From assembly GCA_963769255.1 (NCBI GenBank), contig CAVYKV010000002.1:448942-512941 (forward strand): a DNA stretch of 64,000 nt, written 5' to 3'. A model generated the notes under the pieces. The model had not been told where the DNA came from. It made no database searches and saw only the letters and a list, made by a program, of their open reading frames with translations. Positions 29,401-38,951 of the stretch are shown piece after piece. Every line of letters starts with the position of its first letter. Within the stretch, counting starts at the first letter, position 1. Both the position numbers and the translations under genes were made by a program. Origin of the DNA: an uncultured Actinomycetota bacterium. GTDB lineage: Bacteria; Actinomycetota; Acidimicrobiia; Acidimicrobiales; Bog-793.

Positions 29401-32144
29401 GCCGGGCCGCTGCAGGTGCCGTTGTCGAAGAAGCTGTAGGTCACGGTCCCGGTGGGCGTGGGCTGCGACTCGTTCGTGTCCGAGGGGCTCGGAAGGCCGG
29501 CGGAGGCGCTGGCCACGGTGCCGAGCACCTCCGGGTTGTCCCACGTCGAGTCGGTCGTGACGTCGAGGCCCGCGAGCGCCTGGCTCGTGCCGGCCTGCTG
29601 GACGCTGAACGGCTGGCACGTCCCGGTGGAGCCGCTGTAGTCCGTCGTGCCGTTGAAGACGGCCTGGTAGCTGTAGCTCCCCGCACCGAGCGGGGTGGAG
29701 TGGGCGGAGGGGTTGGCCGTACCAGATGCCACGGCCTCCGTGCTCGTCCCGAGCAGGGTGCCGAGGCAGTTGTCGCCCGAGTACAGGTCGTAGGTGACGG
29801 TGCCGGTGGCGCCATTGGTCACCGATGCGACATCGTCGGCCACTGCGCCCGGCACCTCGGTGTTGGTCCAGGTCGCTCCGGTGCCGACGTCCTTGACGGC
29901 GCCGCTCGTCGACGTCGACGCCTGACCGATGGCGAACGAGGTGCTGGCGGTCGACGACGGGTCGTTGGCATCGCCCGAGTAGGCCGCCGTCACCGAGTAG
30001 CTGCCGAGGGGGAGGACGGCGGTGGTGCAACTCGTCGCCTCGCCGGCGAGGCCGGTGAGGGTCACGGTGCACAGCGTCGTGCCGCCGGAGGTGAAGGTCA
30101 CCGTTCCGGTCGCCGTCGCCGGCAGCCCGGACTCACTGAGCGTGACGGTGTTGCCGTAGCTCGTCTGGTTCGGCGCCGCGGCGGCGACGAAGTTCCACAC
30201 GACGGCGGCGTCGCTCGTCTCGGTCTGTTCCCCTGACGGCGTGTAGCTGGCCTGCCAGATGTCCGTGCCGGCGACCGTACTCGAGTAGGTGAAGGTGGTG
30301 ATGCCGGAGGCGTTGGTCGTGCCGGAACCGGTCGAGGTCGTGCAGGGCCCGGACAGGCACGTGAAGGTCACGGCGCCGTCAGAGACGGGCTCGCCGTTGC
30401 TCAGAACCGTCGCGCTGATGGTCTGGTTGGTGTTGATGGGGGCGCCCGTGACAGGACCAGTGAGGCTGACACTGCCGCTCACGGACGTGCCAGGCTCGGT
30501 GCAGCTCGAGCTGTTCGTTGCCTGCCAGCTCGCCGTGATCGTCACCGACGAGAGGTTGGAGGGCGGGGAATTCAAGGTAACCACGAAGTCCGGCAGGTTC
30601 TCTGCCGCCGAGAAGTTGTAGGCGGTGAGGTTGACCGATCCAGTCGAGTCGAGATCCACGGGGTTGCTCCCGCCCGTTCCCGACAGCTCACTGCCATCGG
30701 CGTTCTCGAACTCGACGCTGCCGCCGCCATAGACGGTCGGCGGGGAGGGGTCCGTGATCTGTAGACCCGTCCACTGCGTCGGGACGCATTGCGCCGGCGG
30801 GGCGACGAAGTTGGCCGCCTGCAGGCGGATCGGTCCCTGGCCGCAGGCGCCGGCCGTGAAGGCGTCGAAGTTCTGGATCTGGCTCGAGCCGTTGTCGGAG
30901 TTCACCCAGAAGCAGGTGGGCCGCTGCGGGTCGACGTTGACCGAGTAGAGCAACCCGAGGTTCGAGAAGTCCTTCGGGAAGTTGCTGCACTCGGCGTCGG
31001 CGCTGTAGTCGAAACAGTAGACGGCGTTGTAGTCGCCGTTCGGCACGTACACCCTCGGGCCCACGGTCGTCGCAGGGCCGTTCCACGACGAGTTGACGGG
31101 CATCGTGCTGCCAGTCATGCCGGACGGCGTGGCGGTGCTGGCGCCGGCGAGGGTCCAGCAGGGGTTCGAGCCGTCCGGAATGCAGAAGCCGGTCGCCGTC
31201 CCAGCAGAGTTCAGCATCGGGAAGGCCGCTCCGTAGCTGCCCTCGTAGTCGAGGCCGGTCGCGACCGGCCAGCTGCCGCCACAGGAGCCGCCGGCGACCG
31301 ACGGCTCGTAGCATCCGAGCGTCGTCGTGCCGCCGTCGGCGACGGGGATCTCGATCTGGCCGCCAAATGTGGCAATGGGCGGAGTGGGCTCAGGACTGAC
31401 ACTGATCCCGGACAAGCCGGTGCTGACGGCGTAGGGCTGGCTCGGGCAAGCCGAGTCCGTCGTCGTGCTGAAGCAGAGCAGCTGGTCCTCGGCCCCCGTC
31501 GGCGACGACGTGTTGACGTAGTTGAAGGCGTACATGTTCGTGCCGACCTGCACGGCGTCGCTGACGCCGCTGATGCCGTCGGCGGTCGGCGGGCCCTGCC
31601 CGGCCGGAACGAGCGGCTGGTAGCCGCAGAAGATGTTGGAGGCGGGGAGGGTGGCGTTCGTGTTGATGCAGACGACGCCGACCGTGTCGTCCTCGGGGTG
31701 CTCCGCAAACACGAACAGATCGCCGTTCGACTGATTGATCCAGACGGTGGGCTGGCCCTCGGTGTAGAAGGCGCTCCCGTCGGAGTCCGTGATGGTCACT
31801 GATCCACCCCAGCAGGGGGCGGTCTGAGCGGCGTTGGTCTGCAGGTGGCAGTCCACGCCGAGGTACTCCTGGTGGTGGAAGACGTTGTAGACCGCTGTCG
31901 ACGTGAGGGCGACCGCCCAGCCGTCGCCGCTCGACGCCCCGGAGAAGTTCGATGAGGGCGGCGCAGGAATGTTGACCGTCGCCGTGTAGGTGACGGTGCC
32001 GCCGCTCGACGCGCTGGCCGGGGCGGCGGGGGACGCCACGAGCAGGCCGAGGCTCAGTGGGAGGATGGCGACAACGACAGCCGCGGCTCGCGTTCGCCAC
32101 CCCTTCCTTAGGAACTCCCGTAGGCGGCTCGGCGCTCCAGGCAT
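26442..32144 (-). CDS. ~1900-aa secreted surface protein: Cys-rich N-domain, Ig-like repeats, six C-terminal GYW...FG repeats
   Basis: Signal peptide; PTGTVTY..F.N.TC...G.Y.Y.A.Y.GD.NY repeats; GYWLVxSDGxVxxFG repeats. Confidence 0.9.
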   Translation of the reverse strand: MPGAPSRLREFLRKGWRTRAAAVVVAILPLSLGLLVASPAAPASASSGGTVTYTATVNIPAPPSSNFSGASSGDGWAVALTSTAVYNVFHHQEYLGVDCHLQTNAAQTAPCWGGSVTITDSDGSAFYTEGQPTVWINQSNGDLFVFAEHPEDDTVGVVCINTNATLPASNIFCGYQPLVPAGQGPPTADGISGVSDAVQVGTNMYAFNYVNTSSPTGAEDQLLCFSTTTDSACPSQPYAVSTGLSGISVSPEPTPPIATFGGQIEIPVADGGTTTLGCYEPSVAGGSCGGSWPVATGLDYEGSYGAAFPMLNSAGTATGFCIPDGSNPCWTLAGASTATPSGMTGSTMPVNSSWNGPATTVGPRVYVPNGDYNAVYCFDYSADAECSNFPKDFSNLGLLYSVNVDPQRPTCFWVNSDNGSSQIQNFDAFTAGACGQGPIRLQAANFVAPPAQCVPTQWTGLQITDPSPPTVYGGGSVEFENADGSELSGTGGSNPVDLDSTGSVNLTAYNFSAAENLPDFVVTLNSPPSNLSSVTITASWQATNSSSCTEPGTSVSGSVSLTGPVTGAPINTNQTISATVLSNGEPVSDGAVTFTCLSGPCTTSTGSGTTNASGITTFTYSSTVAGTDIWQASYTPSGEQTETSDAAVVWNFVAAAAPNQTSYGNTVTLSESGLPATATGTVTFTSGGTTLCTVTLTGLAGEATSCTTAVLPLGSYSVTAAYSGDANDPSSTASTSFAIGQASTSTSGAVKDVGTGATWTNTEVPGAVADDVASVTNGATGTVTYDLYSGDNCLGTLLGTSTEAVASGTANPSAHSTPLGAGSYSYQAVFNGTTDYSGSTGTCQPFSVQQAGTSQALAGLDVTTDSTWDNPEVLGTVASASAGLPSPSDTNESQPTPTGTVTYSFFDNGTCSGPAATTTPTTIEDGTVGTAPDTAALTPGSYSYEAVYSGDSNYVGSTSSCVLLTVVPATPTVGVSLIDAGTGETWTNTETTGASAYATSTVTGVEGFMPTSTLTYQFYATAECTGTLLMTSEVSLADGTPGSSEDTSALGAGSYFVQASYQGDANYESATSACVPFTVGQAAPTLSSEVDFVSGPQDTGSQAYDTAMVSGVDGFVNTGTVTYYFYSNATCTGDVDGQTVDLADGSVPNSATTSPLAAGNYSYLATYSGDANYLPATGSCQAFSFGLGTPDVTQQVDDSTTQGAWSGDETLGASAFDTTTVSGVESFTPTGTVTYELFDNGTCSGDPAVADTVDLGDGGSAPASPATGTLAAGTYGYEAVYNGDSNYGALASGCESFSVLPATPLATQSVDDAGTQGSWSGDETLGASAFDTSAVSGVESFTPTGTVTYELFDNGTCSGDPAVADTVELGDGGTVPNSSATGELHAGTYGYEAVYNGDSNYGSGASGCESFSVLPATPLAAQSVHDAATHSVWSGHETLGASAVDTATVTGISGFTPTGDVTYELFDNGTCSGTAAATATAPLEVSGGVPNSPSTGKLRAGTYATEAVYGGDGNYEPAASGCESFSVLPGASSASQSVHDAATAAVWSGHEVQGASSYDTAKVSGIAGFTPTGTVTYTLYNGSACTGKALSTRSVKLSGGSVPSSPKSGELAPGWFSYRVGYAGSGQYRASTSPCAVFFVKALGYRLEGGDGGVFDFRSHFRGSVPRLGLHIYDFVGMAAMTNGYWLVESDGGIYAFGTAHNYGTLPGRGIHVDDIIGIAATADGKGYWEVASNGAIYPFGDAVSHGDLPSRGVHVDDIVAIDSPDSGGYWLVGSDGHVYSFGNAKARGSCTSGSSCQGIKDIIGIASPDAGGYLLVSSNGRVFPFGDAKFHGSCMSSGSGCQGVKDVVGIATPGSDEGGYWLAGANGTLYAFGDAQNFGNETQAETHVKLTRPIVSITG
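27420..28560. repeat. 342-bp tandem coding repeats
   Basis: Identical ~50-bp blocks at 27939 and 28281; related block 342 bp earlier. Confidence 0.85.
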
Positions 32145-32293
32145 GGTGGACTCCCTCTGTGATCCGTTCAAGTTGATGTAGAGGAATCGTCACGAGTTGC
32201 CCAACACTTGAGCAGACGCCCTCGCCGAAAGCGCAGCTTGCGCAGGTTGAGCAGGCGATCTTGGGCCTGTCAGGCGCCTCCGCCAGGCGGCGC

Positions 32294-33172
32294 TCAGGCC
32301 ACGCCACCCCCGGCACGCAACGCCGCGCGCAGCGCCGCCGCCAGAACGTGCCGGCGGGGCGACGCCTCCCGAAGGGTCAGGAGCTCCGTCCGGTGGATGA
32401 GGGTGGGCGACCCGAAAGGGACAGTAACGATGCCATCAACTCGGACACCGATGGACACCGGGACGAGCGCCACCCCGAGGCCGGCGGCGACGAGCGACAG
32501 GATCGTCGGCAGATCGCTGCCCTCGCAGATGGGCCGAATCTGCTCGAAACCCGCCAGAGCGGCTGCACCCCCGGCGCTCACCCAGGGGGCGTCGACGAGG
32601 ACGTCCAGGTCGATGCGGGACCGGCGGGCGAGCGGATGGGCCGTCGGGAGGGCGACGAGGAGGGGACCTTCGGAGACGGCGCTCGGCACGAGCAGGCCGG
32701 GATCGCTGAGATGCAGCGGCTCGCTCGGACCGACGACGCCGTCCACGAGCGCTGCGTCCACGAGGCCGGAGGCGAGCTGGGCGACGGCGGCCGCCGCCTC
32801 CAGCGTGCGGACGGCGATGCGCACGGACGGTTGGGCGGCCCGCACGTCGCGAAGGGCCGCAGCGAGGAGCGCCGGCGACGCCAAGGGGCAGGCGGCGACG
32901 CGCAGCTCGGAGGGCTCCGCCCCGAGATGCCCGAGCTCGCTGCGGGCGACGTCGAGGCGCAAGAGGACGTGCTGGGCGTGCTCGGCCAGCCGTACGCAGG
33001 CGGGCGTCGGGCGCACGGGCCGCCGCTCGAAGAGCACGTGTCCGAGCTCGCGCTCGAGCGCCCCGATCTGCTGCGAAACGGCGGACTGCGTGTAGCCGAG
33101 CTCGTCGGCCGCCGCCGTGAACGAGGAGAGGCGGCGGACGGCGAGCAGCGTTCGCAGATCCTGGAGGTCCAT
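32294..33172 (-). CDS. LysR-family regulator
   Basis: SFTAAADELGYTQSAVSQQIGALERELG. Confidence 0.95.
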   Translation of the reverse strand: MDLQDLRTLLAVRRLSSFTAAADELGYTQSAVSQQIGALERELGHVLFERRPVRPTPACVRLAEHAQHVLLRLDVARSELGHLGAEPSELRVAACPLASPALLAAALRDVRAAQPSVRIAVRTLEAAAAVAQLASGLVDAALVDGVVGPSEPLHLSDPGLLVPSAVSEGPLLVALPTAHPLARRSRIDLDVLVDAPWVSAGGAAALAGFEQIRPICEGSDLPTILSLVAAGLGVALVPVSIGVRVDGIVTVPFGSPTLIHRTELLTLREASPRRHVLAAALRAALRAGGGVA

Positions 33173-33175
33173 TGG

Positions 33176-33190
33176 ATAACCATAACTAAT
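33176..33190. promoter_or_regulatory. LysR T-N11-A box
   Basis: ATAACCATAACTAAT, AT-rich, abutting the LysR start. Confidence 0.55.
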
Positions 33191-33246
33191 GTGGGTAGTA
33201 CCGATCATCGTTGGACTTTCTGTCAACGACCGTTCACGATCATGGC

Positions 33247-33996
33247 ATGACCAACTCACCGCCCCGCCTGGCCCTCGTCGGCGACCGCTCGCCGTCGGTC
33301 CGTGCCCACCGCCGCATCCCCGGTCTCGTCGAGGCGCTCGGCGCCGGTGCGGGCGACCCTGTCGAGCTGTACTGGCTCCACTCGACGGCAATCGCCAGCC
33401 CTTCCGATCTGGAGGGCTTCGACGGCATCTGGGTCGTCCCCGGCAGCCCTTACGAGAACCGGGACGGCGTCCTTGCCGCCATCCAGGCGGCCCGCCAGAA
33501 CGAGGTACCCCTCCTCGGGACCTGCGGCGGCTTTCAGCACCTGCTGCTCGAGTTCGCCCGCAACGTCTGCGGCATCGAGGAGGCGGAGAACGCCGAGCAG
33601 CACCCGGACGCCGCCGAGTTGCTGATCGTGCCCCTCGAGTGCTCCCTCCTCGGCGAGGAGGCCGGCGTCGTCATCGAGGGCGGCACGCTCGCCGCCGAGC
33701 TGATGGGCCCCGGGCCGACGGTCGAGCGTTTCTTCTGCCGCTACGGCCTCGAGGAGCGATGCGTCAGCACGCTGCAGCAACATGGCCTCGTCGTCTCCGG
33801 CCGGGACACCTCCGGCTCGGTGCGCGTCGTCGAGCTGCCGGGGCACTCGTACTTCCTGGGCTCCCTCTTCCAACCCGAGCTCTCCTCCGATTCGGCCTGG
33901 ATCCACCCGCTCATCTCCGGCTTCGACCGGGCCGTGCGTCACCATGCCGCTGGCGCCGAGTCATCGGCCGCCACCGAGCTGGAACGGGCCGGCTGA
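33247..33996 (+). CDS. stand-alone CTP-synthase-like glutamine amidotransferase
   Basis: DGIWVVPGSPY, LGTCGGFQH, LFQPE. Confidence 0.9.
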   Translation: MTNSPPRLALVGDRSPSVRAHRRIPGLVEALGAGAGDPVELYWLHSTAIASPSDLEGFDGIWVVPGSPYENRDGVLAAIQAARQNEVPLLGTCGGFQHLLLEFARNVCGIEEAENAEQHPDAAELLIVPLECSLLGEEAGVVIEGGTLAAELMGPGPTVERFFCRYGLEERCVSTLQQHGLVVSGRDTSGSVRVVELPGHSYFLGSLFQPELSSDSAWIHPLISGFDRAVRHHAAGAESSAATELERAG

Positions 33997-34532
33997 TGGC
34001 GATCACCCCGGACACGAAGGACTGGACGTCCGTGTTGGAGCGGCCGTGTGGGGAGTGCGGTTTCGATGCGGGGGTCCTCGAGGTCGGCGCCATCCCGGAC
34101 CGCCTGCGCGAGAACGCCGCCGCCTGGCGGTTCATCCTCGGGGGTCGCCCCGACGAGGAGCTGCGCCGTCGGCCGTCCGACGACCGTTGGTCCGACCTCG
34201 AGTACGCCTGCCACGTCCGCGACGTCTTCCGCATGGCGAGCCTCCGGCTCGGGCGCATGCTGGACGACGACGATCCCATGTTCCAGAACTGGGACCAGGA
34301 CGCCACGGCCGTGGAGGACCGCTACGGCGAGCAGGATCCCTCCATGGTGGCGGGCGAGCTCTCCGAGGCGGCGAACGCGCTTGCCGACAGCTACGCCGCT
34401 GTCCCGGAGAACGCTTGGAGCCGGCCGGGCCGGCGCAGCGACGGCGCCAACTTCACGATCGGGAGCTTCGGCCGCTACATCGTGCACGACCCGACCCATC
34501 ATCTCGTGGACGTCGGCTACACCGGGGGGTGA
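33996..34532 (+). CDS. DinB family protein
   Basis: WSDLEYACHVRD, WDQD, HDPTHH; TGATG coupling. Confidence 0.9.
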   Translation: MAITPDTKDWTSVLERPCGECGFDAGVLEVGAIPDRLRENAAAWRFILGGRPDEELRRRPSDDRWSDLEYACHVRDVFRMASLRLGRMLDDDDPMFQNWDQDATAVEDRYGEQDPSMVAGELSEAANALADSYAAVPENAWSRPGRRSDGANFTIGSFGRYIVHDPTHHLVDVGYTGG

Positions 34533-34612
34533 GAGCGGGAGCCGGGAGGCGGCCTCGGCCAACGATGCCTGCCGACCCTCGCAGGGCCGCTACTCCCGGG
34601 CCTCAACGAGAC

Positions 34613-34644
34613 GACGGGCCGGCTCTCCGCCGAGCCGGCCCGTC
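34613..34644. terminator. 13-bp perfect hairpin between convergent genes
   Basis: GACGGGCCGGCTC-N6-GAGCCGGCCCGTC. Confidence 0.75.
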
Positions 34645-34849
34645 CCAGTTCCCGCTGTGAAATAGGTATCGGCCCCCGCGAACACAATCTGTAGTCATTC
34701 GACCGCGGAGAGTGGTGAGAAGCCCGCCGGGCGGCCTGCGCCGGCTGCGTACCGCGTGCGTAAAGTCACCGAGATCCGCCGTTTTCGGGCGTCCTCGTCA
34801 CTCAGTACGCCCTCAGAGGCGCCGGTCGAGGGCCGGCCCGACGCCCGAC

Positions 34850-35668
34850 TCAGCCGGCGCCGAACGCCTCCCGCGCTACCGGTCCCCCGACGGCCACCCG
34901 CTCGAAGTACCCGTAGGTGCCCTCGTGCATGAGCTCCCGTGCCGCCTCGACGAGCGCACCGAGCGCCACCCACGTGAAGGCCCCGCCCACCGAGACGCGG
35001 CGCACGCCGGCCTCGGCCAGCTGCGGCACGGGCGGCACGTTGGGGAGGGCGAGCACGTTCACGGGCTTGCCGACGGACGACGCGAGCGAGCGGATCTCGC
35101 CGAGCTCCCAGATGCCGGGGGCGTAGAGCACATCGGCCCCCGCCTCCTCGTAGGCCTGCAGGCGCACGATCGTGTCGGCGAGATCGGGGCGACGGTGCAG
35201 GTAGTTCTCCGACCGCGCCGTGAGGACGAGGTGCACAGGCCCGGAATGGGCGGCCTCGACCGCAGCCTCCACCCGCTCGACCGCCTCGGGGAGCTCGAAG
35301 ATGGGGTCGTCGGGACGCCCGGTCGAGTCCTCCACGGAGCAACCCGAGAGACCGACGGCGAGGGCGAGGGCGACCGTCTCGCCGACGCCGGCCGCGTTGC
35401 CGGCGAAACCGTTCTCGAGATCCGCCGACACCGGCAAGTCCGTCGCCTCCGCGATGGAGGCGGCCTGACCGAGCGCCTCGTCCCGCCGCAGCGAACCGTC
35501 GAGGCGGCCGAGCGTCGCCGCCGAGCCGCTGCTCGTCGTCGCCAAGGCTCGAAAGCCGAGCGACGCCAGCACTTTGGCCGAGCCGGCATCCCACGGGTTC
35601 GGCATGAGAAGCGGCACGTCGGTGTGGTGCAGCGCCAGGAACTCCTCCGCCCGCGTCACAGCATCCAT
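34850..35668 (-). CDS. isocitrate lyase/PEP mutase family protein
   Basis: PNPWDAGSA, ATTSSG, VSADLENGF, SVED, AGADVLYAPG. Confidence 0.92.
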   Translation of the reverse strand: MDAVTRAEEFLALHHTDVPLLMPNPWDAGSAKVLASLGFRALATTSSGSAATLGRLDGSLRRDEALGQAASIAEATDLPVSADLENGFAGNAAGVGETVALALAVGLSGCSVEDSTGRPDDPIFELPEAVERVEAAVEAAHSGPVHLVLTARSENYLHRRPDLADTIVRLQAYEEAGADVLYAPGIWELGEIRSLASSVGKPVNVLALPNVPPVPQLAEAGVRRVSVGGAFTWVALGALVEAARELMHEGTYGYFERVAVGGPVAREAFGAG

Positions 35669-35747
35669 GGGCTCACCGTACCGAACGGCGCCGGAAACCG
35701 GGTGCCGGGCCGCTCGTCGCAGCCTGCCCTGCCGTCAAGATGGTGCG

Positions 35748-37022
35748 ATGAGCCGCGGGCGGTACCTCATGGTGTTCCGCGCCCCGGGTGTCTCCTTCAT
35801 CCTGCCCGTCTCGCTCGTCGCCCGGCTGCCGGTCGCCATGTTGAGCCTGGCGATCATCCTCCGCATCGCCACGGCGACGGGCTCCTACGCCCGGGCGGGC
35901 GCCGTCACCGGCATGTACGTCGTGGCGACGGGCGTCATGAGCCCCGTGCTGGGTCGCCTGGCCGATCGCATCGGCCTCCGGTCCGTGCTGACGGCCTCGG
36001 CGGTCGTGAACTCCGCCGGGCTCGTCGCCTTGGCCCTCGTCCCCGTGCACGAGACCGTCGCCCTCCTCCTCATCGCCGCCTTGGCGGGAGGCAGCCTGCC
36101 GCCGGTGGCGCCGGCGGTGCGGTCGCTCTGGACGCGCATCGTGAGCGGCTCCGAGATGCGCAGCGCCCTCTATGCCTTCGACGCCACCATGCAGGAGGTG
36201 ACCTTCATGGTGGGACCCACCCTCGTCGCCCTCATCAGCTCCCTCTCGGGGCCGCCGGCGGCGCTCCTCACCTGCGCAGGAATCGGCCTCGGCGGCACCA
36301 TCGCCCTCACGCTGCACCCTGCCATCTCCACCCCGCGGGCGAGCGAGCCGGCCGAGAGCGAGCTCGTGGAGATCGGGGCGTCCCCGCTCGCCGGCAAGGC
36401 CGGCACGGAGGCCGGCGCCGGCGTGCCGGCCGGGGACATCCCCGCCCGCCGCCGGTTCCAGCTCGCCGGGACGCCGGGCCTCATGATGCTCGTCCTCGTC
36501 ATCCTCCTCTTCCTCGGCGCCATCGTCATCGTCGAGGTGACCGTCGTCGCCTTCGCCGGCCACCATCACCGGAGCACCGATGCGGGCCTCCTCCTCGCCG
36601 TGTGGTCGAGCGGCTCCATGGCGGGCGGCCTCACCTTCGGCGCCCGCGTCGCCCACGCCGGCGCCCGCGCCTTGGCGGCGTTGCTGTTGACGGCGGCGGC
36701 GGGCTTTGCCTGCCTGGCCGTCGCCTCCGGGGTGGCCGTCCTCTTCCCGCTCATGTTCCTCGCCGGCGTGTCGATCGCCCCCGGCTTCAGCTGCATCTAC
36801 GGCCTCGTGGGGGCGAGCGCCCCGGCTGGGGGCGTCGTGGAGGCCTTCAGCTGGGTGAGCAGCGGCATCCAGATGGGGGCGGCGGGCGGAGCCGCCCTCG
36901 GGGGTGTGCTGGTGGACACGCTCGGAACCCGCTCGACGTTCCTCTTCGCCGCCGGTGTCGGCCTCGCCACGGCCTCGGTCGCCTGGTGGCGTACCCGCCA
37001 TCTGCGCCCAGCGGCGGCCTGA
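35748..37022 (+). CDS. MFS transporter
   Basis: About 12 TMs; GRLADRIG motif A. Confidence 0.92.
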   Translation: MSRGRYLMVFRAPGVSFILPVSLVARLPVAMLSLAIILRIATATGSYARAGAVTGMYVVATGVMSPVLGRLADRIGLRSVLTASAVVNSAGLVALALVPVHETVALLLIAALAGGSLPPVAPAVRSLWTRIVSGSEMRSALYAFDATMQEVTFMVGPTLVALISSLSGPPAALLTCAGIGLGGTIALTLHPAISTPRASEPAESELVEIGASPLAGKAGTEAGAGVPAGDIPARRRFQLAGTPGLMMLVLVILLFLGAIVIVEVTVVAFAGHHHRSTDAGLLLAVWSSGSMAGGLTFGARVAHAGARALAALLLTAAAGFACLAVASGVAVLFPLMFLAGVSIAPGFSCIYGLVGASAPAGGVVEAFSWVSSGIQMGAAGGAALGGVLVDTLGTRSTFLFAAGVGLATASVAWWRTRHLRPAAA

Positions 37023-37025
37023 GCT

Positions 37026-38003
37026 GTGCGAAGCTCGACGGCCGTGGTGCACACCGACCAGGTCGTCATCCGCACCACCGGCCTCACGAAGATCTACGCC
37101 GGGACGGACTTCCGAGCCGTCGACGAGCTGAACCTCGAGGTGATGGCCGGCGAGATCTTCGGCCTCCTCGGCCCGAACGGCGCCGGCAAGACGACGACGG
37201 CGGGCATGCTCACGACCCGAGTCGTCCCGACGGCGGGCGGCGCCGAGGTCGGGGGCGTCGACGTCGTCGCCCACCCCGCCCTCGCCAAGCAGCTCCTCGG
37301 CATCGTCTCGCAGCAGAACACGCTCGACCGCCAGCTCACGGTATTCGAGAACCTCTACTACCACGGGCTCCTCTTCGGCATCCCGGCGAAACGCTCCCGG
37401 CAGATCGCCGACGACCTCCTCCACCAGTTCCATCTGAGCAAGTGGGGAAAGGCCTCCGTCTACGCCCTCTCGGGCGGCATGGCCCAGCGCCTCATGGTGG
37501 CCAGAGCGATCTTCCACCGCCCCGCCGTGCTCTTCCTCGACGAGCCGACGGCGGGACTCGACCCCCAGAGCCGGCTGGCGCTGTGGGAGATCCTCGGGCA
37601 GCTGAACGACGACGGCCAGACGATCGTCCTCACGACGCACTTCATGGAGGAGGCCGATCGCCTCTGCGGGCGCGTCGCCATCATGGACCACGGCCGCATC
37701 CTCGCCCTCGACACGCCGGCGGCGCTGAAGGCGAGCGTGGGCGCCGACACCCTCGTGACCGTCCTGTCCGCCGCGGATTCGCAGGCCCTCGCCGACCACC
37801 TGCTCGCCTCCGTCGGCGGGACCGTGGCCGCCCGCACGATCGCGGGAGGCGTCGAGCTCAGCGTGCAAGGCGCCGAGCGCATCGTGCCCCGCGTCGTGGA
37901 GGCGGCCGAGGCGGGCGGCTACGACCTCATCGACCTCGGCGTCTCTCCGACCACCCTCGAGACGGTGTTCATCAACCTCACCGGGAAGGAGCTCCGCGAA
38001 TGA
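37026..38003 (+). CDS. ABC-2 transporter ATP-binding subunit (DrrA-like)
   Basis: GPNGAGKTT, LSGGM, LFLDEPTAGLD. Confidence 0.95.
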   Translation: MRSSTAVVHTDQVVIRTTGLTKIYAGTDFRAVDELNLEVMAGEIFGLLGPNGAGKTTTAGMLTTRVVPTAGGAEVGGVDVVAHPALAKQLLGIVSQQNTLDRQLTVFENLYYHGLLFGIPAKRSRQIADDLLHQFHLSKWGKASVYALSGGMAQRLMVARAIFHRPAVLFLDEPTAGLDPQSRLALWEILGQLNDDGQTIVLTTHFMEEADRLCGRVAIMDHGRILALDTPAALKASVGADTLVTVLSAADSQALADHLLASVGGTVAARTIAGGVELSVQGAERIVPRVVEAAEAGGYDLIDLGVSPTTLETVFINLTGKELRE

Positions 38004-38951
38004 GCGCGACAGCGGCGACAGCAGCGACGGCACCGGGGGCCGGCGCCCGCACCGGAGCCCACCGCATCGGCACCGACCCGCTCCGCTCGACGTTGCAGGC
38101 CAGCTGGACCGCCCTCGGCGCCCTCGTCCGGCGTGACCTCCTCGTGCTCCGCAAGCACATCGTCGAGTTCGTCCTCCGCGTCATCATCCAGCCCTTCCTC
38201 CTCGTCTTCGTGTTCCTCTACGTGTTCCCCACGATCGGGCAGGGAATTGGCGGCGCCCGGCCGTCACATGTGGTGGCGGGAGCCGGCGCCGCCGTGGCCG
38301 CCCAGGCGGGCGAGTCGGCGTTCGCCACCGTCCTCGTGCCCGGCGTCGTCGCCATCAGCATCATGTTCCAGGGCATCCAGGCCGTCGCCCTGCAGCTTGC
38401 CCAGGAGTTCGGCTACACCCGCGAGATCGAGGACCGCGTGCAGGCGCCCTGCCCGATCTGGCTCGTGGCCATGGCCAAGGTGCTCTCGGGCGCCGCCCAG
38501 GCCGTCCTCTCCGCCGTCATCGTCTTCCCCATCGCCTCCGTCATCCACGCCAAGGACGTCCGCCCGGATCCTCGTCTTCCACTGGGCGATCGTCCTCACC
38601 CTCATCCCGATCGCCAGCATCGCCATGACCTCCCTCGGCCTCCTCCTCGGGACGAAGTTCGAGCCGCGCAACATCGGTCTCATGTTCGGCTTCATCGTGC
38701 TGCCCCTCACGTTCCTCGGCGGCACCTACTACCAGTGGACGAAGCTGGCGCCCGTCCGCATCGGCGGCTTCCACTGGCTGCAGACGGTCGTGCTCGTCAA
38801 CCCGCTCATCTACGTCACCGAGGGGATGCGGGCCGCTTTCACGGGCGCCACCCACATGCACCTGTACGTGATCTACCCGGTATTGCTGGGCTTCTGCGTG
38901 CTCTTCCTCCGCCTCGGCCTCACGAACTTCCGCAAGCGGGTGCTGTCCTAG
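38000..38951 (+). CDS. ABC-2 permease (frameshift near 38566, probable sequencing error)
   Basis: TM helices, REIEDRVQAP then NPLIYVTEGMR in the next frame; removing one G joins them. Confidence 0.85.
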
